64,000 nt of DNA from Candidatus Latescibacterota bacterium (GTDB lineage Bacteria; Latescibacterota; UBA2968; UBA8231). Both the position numbers and the translations under genes were made by a program. The DNA lies in assembly GCA_965203175.1 (NCBI GenBank), contig OZ241867.1:320001-384000 (forward strand). Direction: 5' to 3'. This document shows, piece after piece, positions 31,000-40,307 of the stretch (positions are counted from its first letter, which is position 1; each line of letters starts with the position of its first letter). The notes beneath the pieces are model-generated. The model did not search any database. It saw nothing but the letters and a program-made list of their open reading frames with translations, and was not told where the DNA came from.

Positions 31000-31596
31000 T
31001 CAGAGCACGCCCTTGGTCGAAGGAATGCCCTGAACCCGCTCGCTGTGCTGCACAGCCATGAGCAGGGCGCGGGCGAACGCCTTGAACAGAGCCTCAATGC
31101 CGTGGTGGGCATTGTGGCCGCGCACGAGGTCGAGGTGCAGATTCATCCGGCCTTGGTCGGCCACCGCGTAGAAGAACTCGCGCACCAAAGACACATCCAG
31201 CGCGCCGACCCGCTCTTCGCTAAAGGCCGCAGCAAAAACCAAATAGGCCCGGCCCGACAAATCTATCACTGCCCGCGCCAAGGCTTCGTCCATGGGCACG
31301 TAGCTGTGGCCGTAGCGCTGGATACCGGCCTTGTCGCCCAAGGCTTGGGCAATGGCTTGGCCGAGACAGATGCCCACGTCTTCCACTGTGTGGTGAGCGT
31401 CCACGTGCAGGTCGCCGCGGCATTGGACCTCTAGGTCGCACAGGCCGTGCCGAGCCAAGGCGTGGAGCATGTGGTCGAAAAAGCCGAGGCCGGTGTCGGC
31501 GCGGCACTGGCCGCTACCGTCGAGACACAGCGACAACTCGATCTCGGTCTCGGTCGTCTGGCGCACAATCTGCGCCGTGCGGCGGTCTGCGCTCAT
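31000..31596 (-). CDS. hisB: Imidazoleglycerol-phosphate dehydratase
   Basis: RQTTET, FFDHML, HHTVED, PMDEAL, NAHHGIEA and PSTKGVL. The true start ATG at 31596 overlaps the hisD stop. Confidence 0.96.
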   Translation of the reverse strand: MSADRRTAQIVRQTTETEIELSLCLDGSGQCRADTGLGFFDHMLHALARHGLCDLEVQCRGDLHVDAHHTVEDVGICLGQAIAQALGDKAGIQRYGHSYVPMDEALARAVIDLSGRAYLVFAAAFSEERVGALDVSLVREFFYAVADQGRMNLHLDLVRGHNAHHGIEALFKAFARALLMAVQHSERVQGIPSTKGVL

Positions 31597-32897
31597 GGCG
31601 TGGGCTTCTGTTGGCGGATGCGGATGGCTTGCGCGTGGGCCTCCAAGCCCTCGGCCTGCGCCATGCGGGCGATGTGCTCGGCCGCGTGGGCCAAGCGCTC
31701 GGGGGTGTAGGCGATAATGCTCGTCGTCTTGACGAAATCGGCCCATCCCAACGACGAGGCGTAGCGCGCCGCGCCTTGGGTCGGCAACACGTGGTTGGTG
31801 CCGGCGAAGTAATCGCCGACCGGCTCGGAAGAAGCCGCGCCGAGGAACAGCGCGCCGCAGTGGCGAATGGAGTCCACCCAGCGCCACGGGTCGGCCACCT
31901 GCAACTCGGCGTGTTCCGGCGCTAGGCGGTTGAGCAGCTCAATCCCCACTTCGAGGCTAGGCACCACGACAATCGCGCCATATTCTTCTAAAGCACTACT
32001 TATAATTGAATAGCGCGGAAGCGCCGCTCGCTGCGCTTCGATTTCCTCCTGCACGCGGCGCGCTAGGGCCTCGCAATCCGTGATACACACGGCCGCCACC
32101 CCCCAGCCGTGCTCGGCTTGCGAGAGCAAATCCGCAGCTACCAAGCGCGGATCGGCCGCCGCGTCGGCGAGCACCACAATTTCCGACGGGCCGGGCAACA
32201 GCGCGATGCCCACCGCGCCGAAGACCTGCCGCTGCGCGGCCACCGTATAGGGAGAACCCGGGCCGACGATCTTGTGCACCGGCGGAATGCTCTCCGTGCC
32301 ATACGCGAGCGCAGCCACGGCCTGTGCCCCTCCTACGGCGTACACCTCGTCAATGCCCAACAAACACGCGGCCGCCGCAATCGTCGGATGCACCTTGCCG
32401 GTTTCCACCGGCGGCGAAACCACGCAGAGCTGGTCCACGCCAGCCACCTGCGCGGGCACGGCCGTCATCAGCAGGCTCGAAAACAGCGGCACCTCGCCAG
32501 CCGGCACGCACAAGCCCACCCGCTCGATGGGCGTGATTTTCTTGCCCAGCATCACCCCGTCGCCGTCTTCGACAAACCACGAGTTGAGTTTTTGCCGCTC
32601 GTGGAAGGCGCGGATATTAGCTACCGCCGCCTCCATGGAAGCGCGCAGGCTCGGGTCCAGCGCAGCTTCTGCCTCGGCGAGCACGGACGCTGGCACCCGC
32701 AACTGCTCAGGGCACACCTCCACGCCATCGAACCGCTGCGTTAGCGCGCACAGCGCGGCATCGCCTTCTTTCCGCACCTGCCGCAGAATGTCTCGCACCG
32801 CGTCCTCGACCTTGGGGTCGGATTCGGGGCGGCGTGCAAACAGGGCGGCGAGCGGCTCGGCCAGCGGCTCGGAGGGATAGGACGCAATGGGCACCAT
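31593..32897 (-). CDS. hisD: Histidinol dehydrogenase
   Basis: GGAQA, KIVGPG, GPSE, DLLSQAEH, PEH and GDY..GTNHVLPT motifs. Confidence 0.96.
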   Translation of the reverse strand: MVPIASYPSEPLAEPLAALFARRPESDPKVEDAVRDILRQVRKEGDAALCALTQRFDGVEVCPEQLRVPASVLAEAEAALDPSLRASMEAAVANIRAFHERQKLNSWFVEDGDGVMLGKKITPIERVGLCVPAGEVPLFSSLLMTAVPAQVAGVDQLCVVSPPVETGKVHPTIAAAACLLGIDEVYAVGGAQAVAALAYGTESIPPVHKIVGPGSPYTVAAQRQVFGAVGIALLPGPSEIVVLADAAADPRLVAADLLSQAEHGWGVAAVCITDCEALARRVQEEIEAQRAALPRYSIISSALEEYGAIVVVPSLEVGIELLNRLAPEHAELQVADPWRWVDSIRHCGALFLGAASSEPVGDYFAGTNHVLPTQGAARYASSLGWADFVKTTSIIAYTPERLAHAAEHIARMAQAEGLEAHAQAIRIRQQKPTP

Positions 32898-32901
32898 CCG
32901 T

Positions 32902-33170
32902 TCAGTGCTATCGGGGTGTGATGTGTTGAGTCATCGTGAGTTCGAGCCGTTTTAGTCCCTGTGAGGAAGGGTGTCTTATACCTAGGCTGACCACTCGACC
33001 TGCTATTCGTAACGCATCCGGCAGGTATTCGGGCGCAACAAGCAAGCAAGGAAAAACATGAAACCAAGTCAACATAAATCGCCTTTCTCTCAGGGAGCAC
33101 AAGGCCCCGTCGAGAAAGCCGCTCCTATCCCCCCGAACGGCTAAAGCCGTCAGTCCCACGGAGATTATTG
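32902..33170 (-). mobile_element. Truncated non-autonomous IS200/IS605 derivative: left end plus the 5' part of the structured RNA cargo (copy C)
   Basis: 33170-33080 is closely similar to the IS605 left end at 10594-10685 and follows CCAT. 33037-32902 aligns with 36085-36259. Confidence 0.75.
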
Positions 33171-33726
33171 ATGGGCTTGGCTTCGTCTCCTCCCTCGGCC
33201 CCCTCGTTGCCGCTCAGTCCGTTTCATCAGGTGAGGTCCCTGAAATTCGATCTAACTGCCTGTTTTTCCTCGAAATCATCAGTACATCAGCATCTGCTGA
33301 CGATTTTGTAGTACAGCCTGATGGGCAACGGTCGTCTTTCGATCTACCAGCCAGCTCGCGGGCGATCCGTGGGGTGCTCGCTCCATCCCTCGGCGCGGGC
33401 GGTTGTCGGTTCGGGTCCTCGTCGCTTTCAATGCCGTTGAGCCAGAACGCCAAGCCCAAAAGACGGCTTGGCGTTCTGGCTTACAAGCGCGTAGCTCGAT
33501 GCGCTCACCTTCGCCTTGGGTTCGTCTAGGAGTGCGCCAGCGCTTGCCCATGCAAGCCGAACTAACATGTAAAGAAGCAGGCTTAGTAAAAGTGCTCGGC
33601 TTGGGTCAACTGCTCGGGGCAGACCGCTTCGCGGGCCATTATACCATCTGGTCTGGGATCTGGAACTGGAAAGGGAATTATATCTCTGAGTGCCCAATCC
33701 GTAGGAAAAACGAAATCGTATCAAAT

Positions 33727-35024
33727 GTCAACCACTGACGGCTGAAGCGCGTCAGCTTGTCCCTGGCCGTTACCCCGCCGCAGCGGAGTAGACCGAAACT
33801 ATAGGCTCGTTGACAAGAGCCCTTGCCCGGATGTTCCGGGCGGCGTTGCAATCGGCGTGAGCTTGATGTCCACATCGCTTGCAACAAAACCGGGATTGTG
33901 AGGAGCGATTACCGCGTTCGACATGTTCGCACTGAGAACACATCTGAGAAGTGTATTTGGGATCGACGATCTTGAGCAGTACGCCAGCTTGTTCAGCCTT
34001 GTAGCTGATAAACTGGCGAAGCTGATCGAAGCCCCAACTTCCCATGCGGTTACGTTGCGGCTTGCGAAACCGTATCCGGTCGCGGATGCCCTTGAGGTCT
34101 TCAAGAGCAATACCGAGACCGGTGTCTTTGGCCTTCGCAACGAGTCGCTTAGAGAGGGTGTGATTGGTGTTGCGACGAAAGCGTGCTTCTCTATCGGCAA
34201 TGCGTTTGAGCTTCTTGCGGATACGCTTGCGTCGTCGTGCATTGGCAGCCAAGTCGGCTGCCGATTGAAGAGCTTGCTTGAGCGTCTGGCATTTGACGCG
34301 AACTTCCTCCACGTCTTTACCGGTGTGAAGCTCGCCGTCCGAGTCAGTAGCCAGGTTCTCGACACCAAGATCAACGCCGAGAAAGTCGTCGGTATCACAC
34401 GGCGGCTCGGGTTCATGCTCGACACAGGCCATGATAAACCACTTGCCGTCCTTGCGGCGCACCAGTTCGGCAAACTGCTTGACTTGGTCAAACTGGTTGG
34501 CTTGGTAGTCGCCCATCACCATCGGGATGTCATGGCGAACACCATCCGCCGTCTTGATATTAACGGTCGTCAGGCTTTTGTAGCGGAACGAGCCTTTGCG
34601 GTAGGGAATAGCCGCCAGCGGACGAAACGAGACTTGCTTGGACTTGTCCCGCTTGTAGTTAGCCGCCACCTGAGAAAACGTCAGGATCGCAATATCAGCG
34701 GGCAGATCAAACGTCTCACGGACTTCGTAGTAGTACAGCTTGTGCAGCGCATAGCTGTTGGCCAACTGGCGCTCAAAGGCTTTTTCAGCCACCCAATTAC
34801 ACGCGGCATTAAAGCGGCGCATGGTCTCTTCGAGCGCGTTGGCTTGCTCAGCCATAGGAAGGAGCTTGATTTGTATAGTTCGTTTCACAAGAATGAATAT
34901 AGCCATAAGACGGCAGACTGTCAAGCTATGTCGGCCTTCCCTCAGGGACACTGCGTGCCCATCGTTCAGGCCGCTCTCTTTTCCCCTGCCAGCTAAAGCA
35001 GGCAGTCCCCAAGCGAGATTTTTT
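33727..35024 (-). mobile_element. IS1341-type (tnpB-only) element
   Basis: Follows CCAT (rc 35025-35028). Left hairpin CTGCCTGCTTTAGCTGGCAG; right end CAAGCTGACGCGCTTCAGCCGTCAGTGGTTGAC. Confidence 0.88.
33770..34951 (-). CDS. tnpB: RNA-guided endonuclease TnpB (start probably near VKRTIQIKL, ~34888)
   Basis: GVDLG, LEDL, HADCNAARNI and CSQC/CKRC zinc ribbon. Confidence 0.93.
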   Translation of the reverse strand: MSLREGRHSLTVCRLMAIFILVKRTIQIKLLPMAEQANALEETMRRFNAACNWVAEKAFERQLANSYALHKLYYYEVRETFDLPADIAILTFSQVAANYKRDKSKQVSFRPLAAIPYRKGSFRYKSLTTVNIKTADGVRHDIPMVMGDYQANQFDQVKQFAELVRRKDGKWFIMACVEHEPEPPCDTDDFLGVDLGVENLATDSDGELHTGKDVEEVRVKCQTLKQALQSAADLAANARRRKRIRKKLKRIADREARFRRNTNHTLSKRLVAKAKDTGLGIALEDLKGIRDRIRFRKPQRNRMGSWGFDQLRQFISYKAEQAGVLLKIVDPKYTSQMCSQCEHVERGNRSSQSRFCCKRCGHQAHADCNAARNIRARALVNEPIVSVYSAAAG

Positions 35025-35824
35025 ATGGGCTACGCGACACAGAAGCCATTAGCATTATTGGAGCGAATCGTAAAAGCCAGTTCTGACGAGGGCGATGTTG
35101 TACTAGATCCTTTCTGCGGCTGCGCTACGACACTTGAGGCGGCTCATAAGCTCAATCGCCGGTGGATAGGTATCGACATCGCTATACACGCTATCAAGCG
35201 CGTGGCGGCCGTACGGCTCAAAGATCGTCTAGGACTTTCTGAAGGTGTAGATTTTGAGATTGGAGGCGTTCCCAAAGACGTTGAGGGAGCAACATTATTG
35301 TGGGAACGAGATAAGTACCACTTTCAAAAGTGGGCCGTAGAGCAGGCCGAAGGCTTTGTTACAAGTAAGCGTTCTGCTGACGGTGGGGTTGATGGTCGCC
35401 TTTACTTCGAGGGCAATGTACCAGAAGGCAAAGGTCGCCAGAAATTGGAGAGCATGATCTTGGAAGTGAAAGGCGGCCAGAATGTAACACAAGCCGATCT
35501 ACGCAGTCTGCGCGGCGCGTTGGCCGATGATTCCTCTGCGTGTATGGCCAGAATGTAACACAAGCCGATCTACGCAGTCTGCGCGGCGCGTTGGCCGATG
35601 ATTCCTCTGCGTGTATGGCTGGTCTGATTATTCGGGTTCCGTTAGGGCCACGTAAACAGACCAACTTTGAGCGCGAAATGACAAGGGCCGGTAAGGTCCC
35701 AATTAGGGGCCGCGAATATCCTGTATTGCAATTACGAACCGTTGAGCAAATTCTTGCTGGCGATCCTTTTGACACCCCTCCCCCGCTAGGTCGCCATCAA
35801 ACGCCCCAGCAGCTTGTCTTTTAG
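35025..35824 (+). pseudogene. 3' remnant of a DNA N6/N4 methyltransferase fused to a restriction-endonuclease-like domain; 5' part missing and frameshifted
   Basis: GYATQKPLALLERI, VLDPFCGCATT and DGGVDG...LEVKGG. The frame is broken by a 71-bp tandem duplication. Confidence 0.85.
35475..35619 (+). repeat. 71-bp exact tandem duplication
   Basis: GGCCAGAATGTAACAC...GCGTGTAT starts at 35475 and again at 35546. Confidence 0.95.
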
Positions 35825-35899
35825 CTGGATTTAGGATTGAATCAGGTGTATATTTCAGTGGTGCTACCCTCCAACAATAGCACTTTTTTACACAGACAG

Positions 35900-35936
35900 G
35901 AGGGCCGTGCAGTTACCCGCTCGCGGCCCTCTTTTT
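35900..35936 (+). terminator. Intrinsic terminator
   Basis: GAGGGCCG...CGGCCCTC followed by TTTTT. Confidence 0.65.
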
Positions 35937-35965
35937 GCATCAACTTCAAGCCCATAAATTATCAT

Positions 35966-36445
35966 AAAAATCTCCTTTGGAGCCCCCCGTCTTTAGGCGG
36001 GGGAGGAAAAAGGTGTAGTCTCTGCGACAGGCGGCGCAACGCACCAGGCGTTGTGGCGTCCCCGAGCAGAGGCTTATATTAGGTGTGCGCCCGAATGGCT
36101 CCCGGATGCGTACGAGCAGTCTGGCCACAGTATTGTGGCCACATAGGAGCCCGAGCCAACAGCTTAGGCGATAAGGCACCCTCCAAGAGGGGTAAAACTG
36201 TTTAGCCCTTCGGGGCATGCGCTCAGGATGGCTGTTGGCACTACACGTCGATAGCACTGTATGCGTGGATCGAGTGCGCACTGGTAGTTCAGCCAGCCCG
36301 ACAGTGCGTTCCGAATGCCTCGGGGTCTCGCCCCCCAAGTGGCTGCTTGGTGTCAGCAGGCATATAGTTCCGCTGAGTAGCTCAATGTCGCATCCTGCGA
36401 TGTTAAGCCGCGTCCGTGATTCTCCTATTCGCACGGTGCTCGTGT
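35966..36445 (+). mobile_element. Non-autonomous IS200/IS605 derivative carrying the structured RNA (copy A; right end missing)
   Basis: Follows TCAT. Left hairpin CCCCCGTCTTTAGGCGGGGG. Nearly identical to the reverse complement of 42804-43282. Confidence 0.85.
36085..36434 (+). ncRNA. Putative ~350-nt structured non-coding RNA of unrecognised family
   Basis: Terminal pairing, several stems, a cUUCGg tetraloop, G-U-compatible variants and compensatory changes relative to copy C. No credible ORF. Confidence 0.65.
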
Positions 36446-36652
36446 AATGTTTAGGTTGCCTTCCTGTTTCGTTGCATAAGATCTCATGTGGTGTTTGAAA
36501 TGCCAAGCCCTTTCGCGGCCGATGATTGAGCCGATCCATGATGTGTTGTCAGACAGTGTATCGAGGGCCGTGCCTTTGGGCACATACTGGCGAATCAGCC
36601 CGTTGGTGTTCTCGTTGAGTCCGCGCTGCCAGGCATGATAGGGATGGGCGTT
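36446..36652 (-). pseudogene. IS30-family transposase C-terminal remnant
   Basis: The minus strand encodes HPYHAWQRGLNENTNGLIRQYVPKGT and, in a shifted frame, LNHRPRKGLAFQTP. Confidence 0.85.
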
Positions 36653-36843
36653 GAATTCAAGTTTTATTATGATTATGATTTTTTGCCTAATTACGGTATA
36701 ATTGGCCCCGCCAGGGCCTATCGCGCCTCAAATCCCGTTGTATCAACGATAACCAAGGGTATCCCGCATCCTGATGGAGGGCGACCTGCTCGACGGGGCG
36801 CACATCAAGACGGGTACGCTACCGGTCAGTCCCGAACCAAGAA

Positions 36844-37045
36844 GGTCTCCAGCTTGGTGGACCGGGCCAAGAACATCTTCCTAAGCAGCGGCGGAAGGCA
36901 CGACCTCGACCTTGACCTCGCGCTGGACCTGCCCCCAATCATGGCAGACCGATCACGCATCGTCCAGGTCCTGTCCAACCTCCTGTCCAACGCGGCACGG
37001 CACTCGCTGGAGTCGTCCGTCATCCGGGTGACCGCCCTGCGGGAG
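36844..37045 (+). pseudogene. Histidine kinase HATPase fragment
   Basis: DLPPIMADRSRIVQVLSNLLSNAARHS (N-box), truncated before the G boxes. Confidence 0.75.
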
Positions 37046-37188
37046 TACCCTTGCTGGGTATAATAGCGCTGGGAGGGACATAGCACCCTCATAAAGGGTC
37101 ATGCCCAAAGCCGATCCGCCCAGCCGATCGGCGTCAGCAGATACGAGACAGTTTTCTAACTCAACCGCTTCTACAAGGAGCTTTTCTT

Positions 37189-40170
37189 ATGAAGTCATTG
37201 ATGGTCAGTCTTCTCGGCTTGGTGTTGAGTGTCAGCGTTGGTGCCGAGCCCCTGCTTAAGGGTCGGGTCTGGCTGGCGTCGGGGCCGCCAGCGGCTGGGG
37301 TCCACGTGCGGCTGTTCGACCTAACCGACCTGCGCCGCTCCGTGGGCACGACCTCGGACGAGGCCGGGTATTTTGCCCTGCGGCTGGCAACCGTGGGTGG
37401 GCCGGCCCGTCCGCAGGATTTTGCGTTGGGGCAGAACTACCCCAATCCGTTCAATCCCTCGACGATCATTCCCTACCAACTACCTGATGCGACCCACGTG
37501 CGGTTGGAGGTGTTCAACCTGCTCGGGCAGCGGCTGGCGACGTTGGTGGATGGGGAACGGCCGGCCGGGGCGCATACGGCGCACTGGGACGCTACAGATG
37601 CGGCGGGTCGGGCGGTGGGCGCGGGCGTGTACATCTACCGGCTCAGCGGCGGCGGGCATACGGTGAGCCGGCGCATGGTGCTCATCGACGGACAGGCCGG
37701 CATTTCGGCGGGCGGGTCAGGACCGAGGCAGACGGCGGCTGTAGGCGTAAAAACGGAGGGCTCGGTCTATGGGTTGACCGTGGCCGGTGCCGGCTTGATC
37801 GCGTATGTGAACCCGGCGTTTCGGGTCGGGACAGACCAGGTCAATCTGGTGCTTGCACCGCCCGACGGCCAGGCGCGGATGAAGGTGGCCACGGGCGGGA
37901 TTTTGGGAGACGTGAACAACGATAGCCAAGTGGATGAATTTGATGTGCTGTATGTGGCGCTGTACAGCAAGGATCCCTCTATTACGCTGCCGAATAATGG
38001 CGACATTTCTCTCGGCGATGTCAACGGCGATGGCACGGTTGATCTGGCCGATGGCTTGCTCCTTGCTCTATACAAAGTCAATCCGTCTGATCCGACGTTG
38101 CCACCGGGGATCGGCCAACCCGTCGACGGCGGCGGGGATGATCACGGCGATAGCCCGTCGGCGGCGACGGATCTGGCGGTGGGCAGTTCGCAGTCGGGAC
38201 AGATCGAAACCGGCGGCGATGTCGATTACTTCCGCGTGGAGGTCAGTGAGTCAGGGGACTTGACCGTTCAAACGACCGGCCGCCTCGATACGAAGGGGCA
38301 GTTAGAGGATAGTGCGGGCGTAGTGCTGGCCAGCAACGACGATGGCGGCGACGGCTATAATTTCCGCATCGTCCACGCGGTCAGTGCCGGCACTCATTAC
38401 ATCAAGGTCGAAGGCTATAACGCCTCCGCCACCGGCAGCTATACCATTCTCGCCAGTGGCTCCGGCGGCAGCGACGGCGGGACTGTGAACATTGCAGATG
38501 CCAATCTTCGTGCGGTGATCGCAGACGCCTTGGGCAAGGCGCCGAATGCGCCGATTACCCCGGATGAAATGGCGACGTTGACGGGACTTAGCGCAGCCAA
38601 TGAAGGCATTCGCAACTTGGCCGGACTTGAGTTTGCAACCAATCTGACGGGGCTGGACCTTGGTGTAGAGCGGGTGGATGAGAGGTTGGTCAACAGCAAC
38701 GATATATCTAATCTCTCGCCGCTGGCGGGCTTGACCAACCTGACAAGATTGTACCTTGAATCCAACATCATCGCGGACGTATCGCCGCTGGCGGGCTTGA
38801 CCCGGCTGGAATTACTGAGTCTTGAAGCCAACAACATCACGGACGTATCGCCACTGGCGGGCTTGACCCGGCTGGAATTACTGAGTCTTAGCACCAACAA
38901 CATCACGGACGTATTGCCGCTGGCGGGCTTGACCAACCTGAGATGGTTGAGTCTTAGCACCAACAACATCGCGGACGTATTGCCGCTGGCGGGCTTGACC
39001 AACCTGACAAGATTGTACCTTTACGCCAACAGCATCGCGGACGTATCGCCGCTGGCGGGCTTGACCCGGCTGGAATTACTGAGTCTTTACGCCAACAGCA
39101 TCGCGGACGTATCGCCGCTGGCGGGCTTGACCCGGCTAGAAATAGTGAATCTTGAATCCAACATCATCGCGGACGTATCGCCGCTGGTGCGCTTGACCAA
39201 CCTGACCTGGTTGGATCTTCGAGGAAATCCTCTGAGCGTTGCCTCCATCAACGTTCATATTGCGGCCCTTGTACGTCGCGGGGTTGCGGTATTCTTTGAA
39301 TCGTTCCGCCAAGGAGACTTCGACATTGAACTCGTTTTTCTCGATCCCTTCACTGAATTTCAGAAGCGAGTGGTCGAATATGCGGCTAGGCGCTGGATGT
39401 CGATTATCCCAGAGGATCTACCGGACATTGAATTTCCTCGGAGCGTGTCAGGTCCGTGTTTCGATCGGTCGTTTACCATCTCCCGCGGAGAGCGGATAGA
39501 TGACCTGAGGATCTATGTGACCCACGTGCCCAATGGTGTCCCTGACTTTGTAGCTGGGATAGCTGGTCCAAGATTAATTCGTGTGGACTCCGGTCAGACT
39601 ATCGTCGGTTGCCTAGCACTCAGACCCGTCCCCCGTCTTTCTAGGTTCTTTAGAGAGCTAGCACTCCACGAGATGGGGCACGTCTTCGGAGTGGGGACGC
39701 TCTGGAATTATTTTGGCTTCCTTCAGGCTAGGTATGGCGACACGCACTTCAACGGGCCGCGGGCGACGGCCGCGTTTGACTACGCGGGCGGACGGAACTA
39801 CCCGGGGCCGAAAGTGCCGGTGCAGAGGGAAGTTGGAGCGCACTGGAGGGGTTCTGTGTTCCAGACCGAACTCATGATTCCGTACTTGAATGGGCGGGGG
39901 TGGCTGAGCGCGATCACGGTTCAATCCTTGGCCGATCTTGGCTATCGCGTCGATGTTACCCAGGCCGATCCCTATATCCTGCCCAATGCTGCACAGACCC
40001 GTGAGGAGATCGCGTCGATTGATGCTTGGGATGACCGCTTGAGCGAGGGGCTGAGCCTGTCCACCCATGTGGAGTCAAAGCTACAGTGCGGCGTCGGCAG
40101 CGGCCAAGCGCGGGAGTCGATCTATGTGGTCAATGAGCAGGGGGCTATCATCCGCACCCTAGGCGACTGA
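37189..40170 (+). CDS. Secreted modular protein: N-proximal FlgD-Ig/T9SS-like domain, dockerin, PPC, internalin-type LRRs and a leishmanolysin (M8)-like zinc metallopeptidase
   Basis: QNYPNPFNP near residue 82; GDVNND/GDVNGDG pair; DVDYF PPC; 22-aa LAGLTNL..L.L..N.I.DVSP repeats; HEMGH...GAHW...ELM. Confidence 0.85.
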   Translation: MKSLMVSLLGLVLSVSVGAEPLLKGRVWLASGPPAAGVHVRLFDLTDLRRSVGTTSDEAGYFALRLATVGGPARPQDFALGQNYPNPFNPSTIIPYQLPDATHVRLEVFNLLGQRLATLVDGERPAGAHTAHWDATDAAGRAVGAGVYIYRLSGGGHTVSRRMVLIDGQAGISAGGSGPRQTAAVGVKTEGSVYGLTVAGAGLIAYVNPAFRVGTDQVNLVLAPPDGQARMKVATGGILGDVNNDSQVDEFDVLYVALYSKDPSITLPNNGDISLGDVNGDGTVDLADGLLLALYKVNPSDPTLPPGIGQPVDGGGDDHGDSPSAATDLAVGSSQSGQIETGGDVDYFRVEVSESGDLTVQTTGRLDTKGQLEDSAGVVLASNDDGGDGYNFRIVHAVSAGTHYIKVEGYNASATGSYTILASGSGGSDGGTVNIADANLRAVIADALGKAPNAPITPDEMATLTGLSAANEGIRNLAGLEFATNLTGLDLGVERVDERLVNSNDISNLSPLAGLTNLTRLYLESNIIADVSPLAGLTRLELLSLEANNITDVSPLAGLTRLELLSLSTNNITDVLPLAGLTNLRWLSLSTNNIADVLPLAGLTNLTRLYLYANSIADVSPLAGLTRLELLSLYANSIADVSPLAGLTRLEIVNLESNIIADVSPLVRLTNLTWLDLRGNPLSVASINVHIAALVRRGVAVFFESFRQGDFDIELVFLDPFTEFQKRVVEYAARRWMSIIPEDLPDIEFPRSVSGPCFDRSFTISRGERIDDLRIYVTHVPNGVPDFVAGIAGPRLIRVDSGQTIVGCLALRPVPRLSRFFRELALHEMGHVFGVGTLWNYFGFLQARYGDTHFNGPRATAAFDYAGGRNYPGPKVPVQREVGAHWRGSVFQTELMIPYLNGRGWLSAITVQSLADLGYRVDVTQADPYILPNAAQTREEIASIDAWDDRLSEGLSLSTHVESKLQCGVGSGQARESIYVVNEQGAIIRTLGD
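38717..39210 (+). repeat. Tandem 66-bp LRR-coding repeats (~7 units)
   Basis: CGCCGCTGGCGGGCTTGACC recurs at 66-bp spacing. Confidence 0.85.
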
Positions 40171-40307
40171 AATAGCCTAGCGGGGCGCGTTGTATGAAGA
40201 GGCTCTAACAAAAGGGGGGGCAAACAAACCTCCACAGAGAAAAGGGCTACCAAAATAAGATACGAGACGGTTCTCTAACTCAACCGCTTCTACAAGGAGC
40301 TTTTCTT

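Noticed and set aside
31597-31887. N-terminal extension of HisB in the ORF track
   Set aside because: It overlaps hisD in another frame; the true start is ATG 31596.
33403-33738. ORF that joins in frame to the MTase remnant when the tnpB element is removed
   Set aside because: It has no MTase motifs (DPPY/F), and an in-frame join has a 1-in-3 chance.
36083-36110. Cargo RNA as a group IIC intron (GTGCGCCCG start), HEARO/IscB omegaRNA or RNase P
   Set aside because: There is no domain V inside the element. HEARO core motifs and iscB are absent, and strand cues favour the opposite orientation. No GAGGAAAGUCC.
36085-36434. Cargo RNA as a group I intron (IStron)
   Set aside because: ACTA (36240) and ATATAGT (36362-36368) are P7-like, but the G-binding G-C pair and P4/P6 consensus are not evident, ACTA is not kept in copy C, and the right end finishes in C rather than omega-G. 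It remains only a weak hint.
35946-36539. ORFs over the cargo element (35946..36539, 36217..36447, 42610..43557)
   Set aside because: Frames differ between the near-identical copies (an indel at CTCCAAGAG vs CTCCAGAG) and there are no protein motifs apart from the IS30 tail.
38717-39210. Regular 66-bp periodicity resembling a CRISPR array
   Set aside because: The repeats are in-frame LRR codons with homologous rather than unique spacers, and there are no cas genes.
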